This document shows, in pieces, positions 1 through 280 of a stretch of 280 nt of DNA. The stretch is from a phage. The stretch is taken from sequence record BH153127.1; one strand, 5' to 3'. The translations under genes were made by a program, and so were the position numbers. The stretch's first letter is position 1. Each line of letters starts with the position of its first letter. The notes below the pieces were generated by a model. It was not told where the DNA came from. It ran no database searches and saw only the letters and a program-made list of their open reading frames with translations.

Positions 1-17
1 TCATCTGTCTGCAACTG

Positions 18-64
18 GTTAAACTGTTTGGTGATCCCCGTCAAGCATTTATTTTAAATTTTTT
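18..64 (-). promoter_or_regulatory. Candidate sigma70-type promoter reading leftward: A/T tract, -35-like TTGACG, -10-like TTTAAC
   Basis: On the minus strand: an 18-nt pure A/T tract (plus 47-64) lies 2 nt upstream of TTGACG (plus 39-44, 5/6 match to TTGACA), followed by a 15-nt spacer and TTTAAC (plus 18-23, 4/6 match to TATAAT). The spacer is short and the -10 is weak. A minus-strand ATG at plus 4..2 at the window edge has no visible Shine-Dalgarno. This assumes a bacterial context, which I cannot establish. Confidence 0.2.
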
Positions 65-68
65 CGAA

Positions 69-229
69 TGTATTCAGACCATTCCTTCCCTGTCAGTTCG
101 GTCCCATTCTGGAAACTGAAATATTCATACGGCATCGAGTCAAGATAAAACAGGATCTAATGCGGATTCTACCAAACCAGCAAGAATTCGATTTAATGGA
201 GTGGAGATCCGCATACTTCTCTGAATACA
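69..229. repeat. Perfect 10-bp inverted repeat pair, TGTATTCAGA (69-78) and TCTGAATACA (220-229), bounding a 161-bp segment and flanked by direct GAA (66-68 and 230-232)
   Basis: Read directly from the sequence: the reverse complement of 69-78 equals 220-229 exactly. The pairing does not extend (79 c versus 219 c; 68 a versus 230 g). The repeat is certain; whether it has a biological role (terminal inverted repeats of a small non-autonomous element, or a long-range RNA helix) is not. Confidence refers to biological relevance. Confidence 0.35.
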
Positions 230-278
230 GAAGACGTTGCTCTCTCTGCCTGGCTTGAGTACAAGCGCTTAGACTCAC
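93..278 (-). CDS. Unverified ORF (61 codons, hypothetical; no recognisable family). Either the 3' part of a longer ORF entering from the right edge, or spurious.
   Basis: Supplied six-frame track, which I re-translated by hand and matched. The first codon is GTG (276-278), only two bases from the window edge, so a true start may lie outside the window. The stop is TGA (reverse complement of 93-95). No Shine-Dalgarno can be assessed. The product is rich in Ser/Arg/Cys with no motif I recognise, and G at codon position 1 is only about 16% by hand count, which is weak for a real gene. The opposite strand is also open across most of the same span, so the open frame itself is weak evidence. Confidence 0.2.
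   Translation of the reverse strand: MSLSACTQARQREQRLLYSEKYADLHSIKSNSCWFGRIRIRSCFILTRCRMNISVSRMGPN
160..214. repeat. 8-bp inverted repeat, ATGCGGAT (160-167) and ATCCGCAT (207-214), with a 39-nt spacer; alternative 6-bp pairing GGATCT (153-158) with AGATCC (205-210)
   Basis: Read directly from the sequence. An 8-bp inverted repeat is expected by chance roughly once in a window this size, so the repeat alone is not significant. Confidence 0.25.
160..258 (+). CDS. Candidate small ORF, 32 aa (MRILPNQQEFDLMEWRSAYFSEYRRRCSLCLA), hypothetical
   Basis: ATG at 160-162 and TGA at 256-258 in plus frame 1. AGGA at 152-155 sits 4 nt upstream of the ATG, a weak and short-spaced Shine-Dalgarno-like motif. 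It is below the ORF-track length cutoff, I recognise no homology, and composition is not clearly coding-like. Confidence 0.1.
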   Translation: MRILPNQQEFDLMEWRSAYFSEYRRRCSLCLA

Positions 279-280
279 TG

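Noticed and set aside
47-77. Polypyrimidine-rich tract ending in CAG (75-77), resembling a eukaryotic 3' splice acceptor, with GTGATC at 31-36 as a possible donor
   Set aside because: The donor is a poor match, the implied intron is only about 47 nt, splicing it produces no extended open frame in any phase, and nothing else indicates a eukaryotic origin. Not excluded, but unsupported.
47-92. Intrinsic terminator between the ends of the plus frame-3 ORF and the minus ORF
   Set aside because: The only hairpin is a weak 5-bp A/T-rich stem (GAATG 66-70 / CATTC 80-84). In the plus direction the T-run precedes rather than follows it, and in the minus direction it is followed by A's. No GC-rich stem followed by a U-tract in either orientation.
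111-116. GGAAAC resembling the GAAAC core of a hammerhead ribozyme
   Set aside because: No CUGAUGA box on either strand (the nearest is TCATCTG at 1-7, which is not its complement) and no suitable three-helix arrangement around a GUH cleavage site.
117-162. Plus-strand promoter for the small ORF (TG at 117-118 followed by AATATT at 120-125 as an extended -10)
   Set aside because: The hexamer matches TATAAT at only 4/6 and there is no credible -35 (TTCGGT at 97-102). It is indistinguishable from background in A/T-rich sequence.
153-210. GGATCT (153-158) and AGATCC (205-210) resembling BamHI/BglII ligation scars, with an EcoRI site GAATTC (184-189) between them, suggesting a synthetic construct
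   Set aside because: These are 6-mers expected by chance every few kb, the two scar-like sites are simply reverse complements of each other (an inverted repeat), and the surrounding sequence matches no standard prefix or suffix I recognise.
240-247. (CT)4 dinucleotide run
   Set aside because: Too short to count as a microsatellite or slippage-prone tract of note.
1-280. tRNA, tmRNA, SRP RNA, RNase P, 6S or rRNA fragment
   Set aside because: None of the conserved motifs I can recall for these families is present on either strand, and there is no cloverleaf-compatible arrangement.
1-280. CRISPR array or other tandem repeat
   Set aside because: No direct repeat unit of 20 nt or more occurs twice. 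The only direct repeats are short (GTCAAG at 40-45 and 139-144; CATAC at 126-130 and 212-216) and consistent with chance.

Overview
This 280-bp window (about 42% GC by hand count) contains nothing I can confidently assign to a known gene family, RNA gene, mobile element or defence system from sequence alone; it is too short to support any claim of a multi-gene system. The one ORF on the supplied track (minus strand, 93..278) opens with GTG two bases from the window edge and has weak coding-like composition, so it is either the tail of a longer ORF or spurious. What the sequence does show directly is (i) a perfect 10-bp inverted repeat (69-78 / 220-229) bounding a 161-bp segment and flanked by direct GAA trinucleotides, (ii) a nested 8-bp inverted repeat (160-167 / 207-214) with an alternative 6-bp pairing, overlapping the start of a 32-codon plus-strand ORF, (iii) a T6 homopolymer at which two plus-strand open frames meet, and (iv) an 18-nt pure A/T tract beside a TTGACG hexamer that reads as a weak leftward promoter. 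All functional readings are low-confidence inference and need flanking sequence and homology searches.
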